From: Eledone cirrhosa
Lineage: Eukaryota
NCBI GenBank assembly: GCA_964016885.1
Contig: CAXHJY010001158.1
Location: forward strand, 109,769-173,768
Direction: 5' to 3'
DNA length: 64,000 nt
The notes beneath the pieces are model-generated. The model ran no database searches and was not told the DNA's origin. It was given only the letters and a program-made list of their open reading frames with translations. Shown piece by piece: positions 59,849-64,000 of this stretch (the first letter of the stretch is position 1; each line of letters opens with the position of its first letter). The translations under genes were made by a program, and so were the position numbers.

Positions 59849-61509
59849 TCTGACGAACGATACAATCCGCCCACGTGGCGCCAGAAAGGGAGAAGAAAAG
59901 AAAAGTTAGACGCCGCCGATCGATCGGTTCGTTGTTTTACGTGTACACAGCTTGTGTGTGTGTCTGTATGTGATACAAGCCGCCTATCCGTCTTCCAAGT
60001 AAGTTTTGTGTGTAGACTGCGGAAAGAAATCCAATCCGCCGTCTAGGCGGTTCTGCCGCCGACCCATACTTTTGCGAGTCGCTCCCGGGAAAGACAGGCG
60101 GCAAGACGGCGTGTATACACGACGCCTTCCGTCTTCCGCCTCGAACCCGGCAAACGTTCCTTTATTCGTCCACGCCTTCCCGCTTCGATCGCGAGAAAGT
60201 AATCAATCTGTTTTGTGTGTGTGTCTGTGTGTGATACAAATTTGTTTTCTTAATTTGATAACCATGAATTGTTTCAACACCGGCCCTTTTAAGGGCCACT
60301 TATATTTTCAATAATCAGTTTAAATGGGTTGCACCGTAGCCACTTGGTAATACACTGCAAATCTCCCGTCAATCTATGAAGGTTTTGTAGTAGATTAGAT
60401 CAAAACACAATCAGCAAGACAGTAATGGAATGAATAATATAAACATTTGTTTATAATTAAAGCCTTAAGATGTCCCTCCCTCCCTCCCTTCCTTCCTTCC
60501 TTCCTTCCTTCCTTCCTTCCTTACGATATACACTTTAATAACATTGAAACTTATTTAATAAGTTTAAATTTTAAACACTTTTTATTCAGACGTACCGCGA
60601 TAAGTAACTAGATATGTTCTAACGAATAATCCGCGATGTGGCGAGGATTACCGCGATAGGAAATTAGATACGTTCCAAAGAAATATCCGCGAAAAGTGAA
60701 CCGCGATATAGCGGGTTCACCAGCCAGTGTATTACTGGTACTTTATTTTATCGACCCCCATAAGGATGAAAGGCAAAGTTAACTGTGCAATAACAAAGGG
60801 AGATAACCTCGTCTTTTTTTTTTTACGGAGTTATTTCCCTTTAAATTTTATCTATTACTTATGATGATACAATTTAATCAGTTCTTAGCTGTCGAGACAC
60901 TGCATCCTTTAAAACCTCCATGGAACAAGCTACCTGCAACAGTTGTTAGCTGTCGAGACACTGCATCTTTTAAAACCTCCATGGAACAAACTACCTGCAT
61001 CAGTTGTTAGGGTCTGAGTTCAAATCACGCCGAGGAGGTTAACTTTGCCTTTCATCCTTACGGGGTCGGTCGGAAAACGAACCATTCCCGGTTCGCTTTC
61101 GAAGCGGGTTTCCGAAAACAGCGCTTCTCTCGACCGGGCCCGTCGTCCGCTCGGCGGTGGTTTTCATCGTCCCAGGCACGGCTAACAGGCGGAGACGGGA
61201 CAAACGCGCGTGTTCCTTTTTTTATCAGCCGCAGCGCCGTTCGTATATATGCTTAGGTTGTTTTTTTTTTAAATATCCTAAGTTAAGTTGGGGCTAAGTT
61301 AAGTTGGGGCTAAGTTAAGTTGGGGCTAAGTTAAGTTGAGGTTAAGTTAAGTGGGGGTTAAGTTAAGCTGGGGTTAAGTTAAGTTGAGGTTAAGTTAAGT
61401 TGGGGTTAAGTCAAGTTGGGGTTAAGTTAAGTTGGGGTTAAGTTAGGTTGGGGTTAAGTTAGGTTGGGGTTAAGTTAAGTTGGGGTTAAGTTAGGTTGCG
61501 GTTAAGTTA

Positions 61510-64000
61510 CATTCGCCGCCGGACTTCAGCTTCCTCATTTAGCATGGGCAGTTTTTCTTGAAAATCACACCACACACAGCAAATGTGTGTCCGCACATGT
61601 ACCAGTAATTACAGATCGATTCCGGTGAAAATTCACTGAAAACGGGCCATCCGGCCCTGTGCGTCGATCGTGGGCCGGCCGGATGTTGACGGATCGATGT
61701 GTAATTAGAAGTACATGTGCGGACACTCATTGGCTGTGCGTGGTATGCATTTCAGCAAGATATCTCCGTAACATCAAGAGTTATGGCTGTGGAGGCACAC
61801 CTAGTCAAACGTAAACAAGGTCTGGAGCGTTTACGCTTCGCGATTTTGTTTACGTTTGACTAGGTGTGCCTCCACAGCCATAACTCTTGATGTTACGGAG
61901 ATATCTTGCTGAAATGCATACCGCGCACAGCCAATGAGTCTCCGCACATGTACTTCTAATTACACATCGATCCGTCAACATCCGGCCGGCCCACGATCGA
62001 CGCACAGGGCCGGATGGCCGGTTTTCAGTGAATTTTCACCGGAATCGATCTGTAATTACTGGTACATGTGCGGAGACACATTTGCTGTGTGTGGTGTGAT
62101 TTTCAAGAAAAACTGCCCATGCTAAATGAGGAAGCTGAAGTCCGCCGGCGAATGGTGTGCTTCGAAGAAAACTAATTCGAAAATGACCGTTTGCAGGCGG
62201 AGTAACCTTTTCGATCGTGGGCCAGCCGCCCGTGGTGGGATCCATCTGTAATTACTGGTACATGTGCGGACATACATTTTCTGTGTGTGGTGTGATTTTC
62301 AAGAAGAACTGCCCATGCTAAATGAGGAAGCTGAAGTCCGCCGGCGAATGGTGTGCTTCGAAGAAAACTAATTCGAAAATGACCGTTTGCAGGCGGGTAA
62401 CCTTTTCGATCGTGGGCCAGCCGCCCGTGGTGGGATCCATCTGTAATTACTGGTACATGTGCGGACACACATTTGCTGTGTGTGGTGTGATTTTCGAGAA
62501 AGACTGCCCATGCTAAATGAGGAAGCTGAAGTCCGCCGGCGAATGGTGTGCTTCGAAGAAAACTAATTCGAAAATGACTATTTGCCGGCGGAATCACCTT
62601 TTCGGTCCTGGTCCGGCCGGATCTTGCCGGATCGATCGGAAATTTGTGGACCATGTTCGGAAGGCCATTGTGCATGTGTGGTGAAAAAAATTTGTGTCGA
62701 AATCTTCTCGGAAAATAACGGATCGCCGGCGGAGATTGCCATTTCGATCGTGGGCCGGCCGGATCTTGTCGGATCGATTCGGACATATGTGCATCGTGTT
62801 CGCAAGGCCCTTGTCTATGTGTGGTGTGATTTTCATAAAGAAATTCCGAAAAACCCAGTTTTAAATCTGATTTCGCCAAAGAATTTTGGCTATCAGATCG
62901 GGTTGAAAGGTATGGTTTCAGGTCGATCTGAAAGTCTAAAATGGAATTCACTCGGTTAGCTAACTATTGATATATCGGAGATATCTTTCTGAAAATCACA
63001 CCACACACTCCCAATGAGTGTCTGCACATGTACCAGTAATTACAGATGGATCCCACCACGGGCGGCCGGCCCACGATCGAAAAGGTTACTCCGAAGCACA
63101 CCATTCGCCGGCGGAATTCATTTAGCATGGGCAGTGTTTCTCGAAAATCACACCACACACAGCCAATGAGTGTCCGCACATGTACCAGTAATTACAGATG
63201 GATCCCACCACGGGCGGCTGGCCCACGATCGAAAAGGTTACTCCGCCTGCAAACGGTCATTTTCGAATTCGTTTCTTCGAAGCACACGATTCGCCGGCGG
63301 ACTTCAGCTGCCTCATTTAGCATGGGCAGTTTTTCTCGAAAATCACACCACACACAGCAAATGTGTGTCCGCACATGTACCAGTAATTACAGATCGATTC
63401 CGGTGAAAATTCACTGAAAACGGGCCATCCGGCCCTGTGCGTCGATCGTGGGCCGGCCTGATGTTGACGGATCGATGTGTAATTAGAAGTACATGTGCGG
63501 ACACTCATTGGCTGTGCGTGGTATGCATTTCAGCAAGATATCTCCGTAACATCAAGAGTTATGGCTGTGGAGGCACACCTAGTCAAACGTAAACAAGGTC
63601 TGGAGCGTTTACGCTTCGCGATTTTGTTTACGTTTGACTAGGTGTGCCTCCACAGCCATAACTCTTGATGTTACGGAGATATCTTGCTGAAATGCATACC
63701 GCGCACAGCCAATGAGTGTCCGCACATGTACTTCTAATTACACATCGATCCGTCAACATCCGGCCGGCCCACGATCGACGCACAGGGCCGGATGGCCCGT
63801 TTTCAGTGAATTTTCACCGGAATCGATCTGTAATTACTGGTACATGTGCGGAGACACATTTGCTGTCTGTGGTGTGATTTTCAAGAAAAACTGCCCATGC
63901 TAAATGAGGAAGCTGAAGTCCGCCGGCGAATGGTGTGCTTCGAAGAAAACTAATTCGAAAATGACCGTTTGCAGGCGGAGTAACCTTTTCGATCGTGGGC
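61510..64000. repeat. Palindromic satellite, copy 2 (centres at ~61833 and ~63611; one extra ~195-bp subunit)
   Basis: The offset to copy 1 changes from 34449 to 34644 inside the array. Confidence 0.92.

Overview
Eukaryotic, repeat-dense DNA with no intact host protein-coding gene. The SINEs, decayed RTE LINEs and compound microsatellites resemble octopus/cephalopod genomes; this is an inference. The window holds two near-identical copies of a large tandem unit: copy 1 at about 1454-31657 (30,204 bp) and copy 2 from 31658 to beyond 64000. The core of each unit is a collapsed 45S rDNA-like cassette. In order, it contains (CCCTAA)n repeats, 169-172 bp spacer repeats carrying TTTATAGG, an ETS-like leader, the first ~185 nt of 18S rRNA, a ~5.8 kb tandem array whose ~317 bp monomer is a mosaic of short 18S and 28S fragments, and the 3' end of 28S rRNA. 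This is followed by a G-rich 16-bp repeat, a 1,584-bp-period satellite built from ~1 kb palindromes, and a Helitron-like 3' end. Copy 2 alone carries an apparently intact CR1-type LINE ORF2 (921 aa), with a candidate -1 frameshift site (G_GGA_AAC) joining ORF1 to ORF2. Almost all other ORFs in the track are artefacts of repeats or decayed retroelement fragments. Family assignments come from motif recognition only; no database searches were run.
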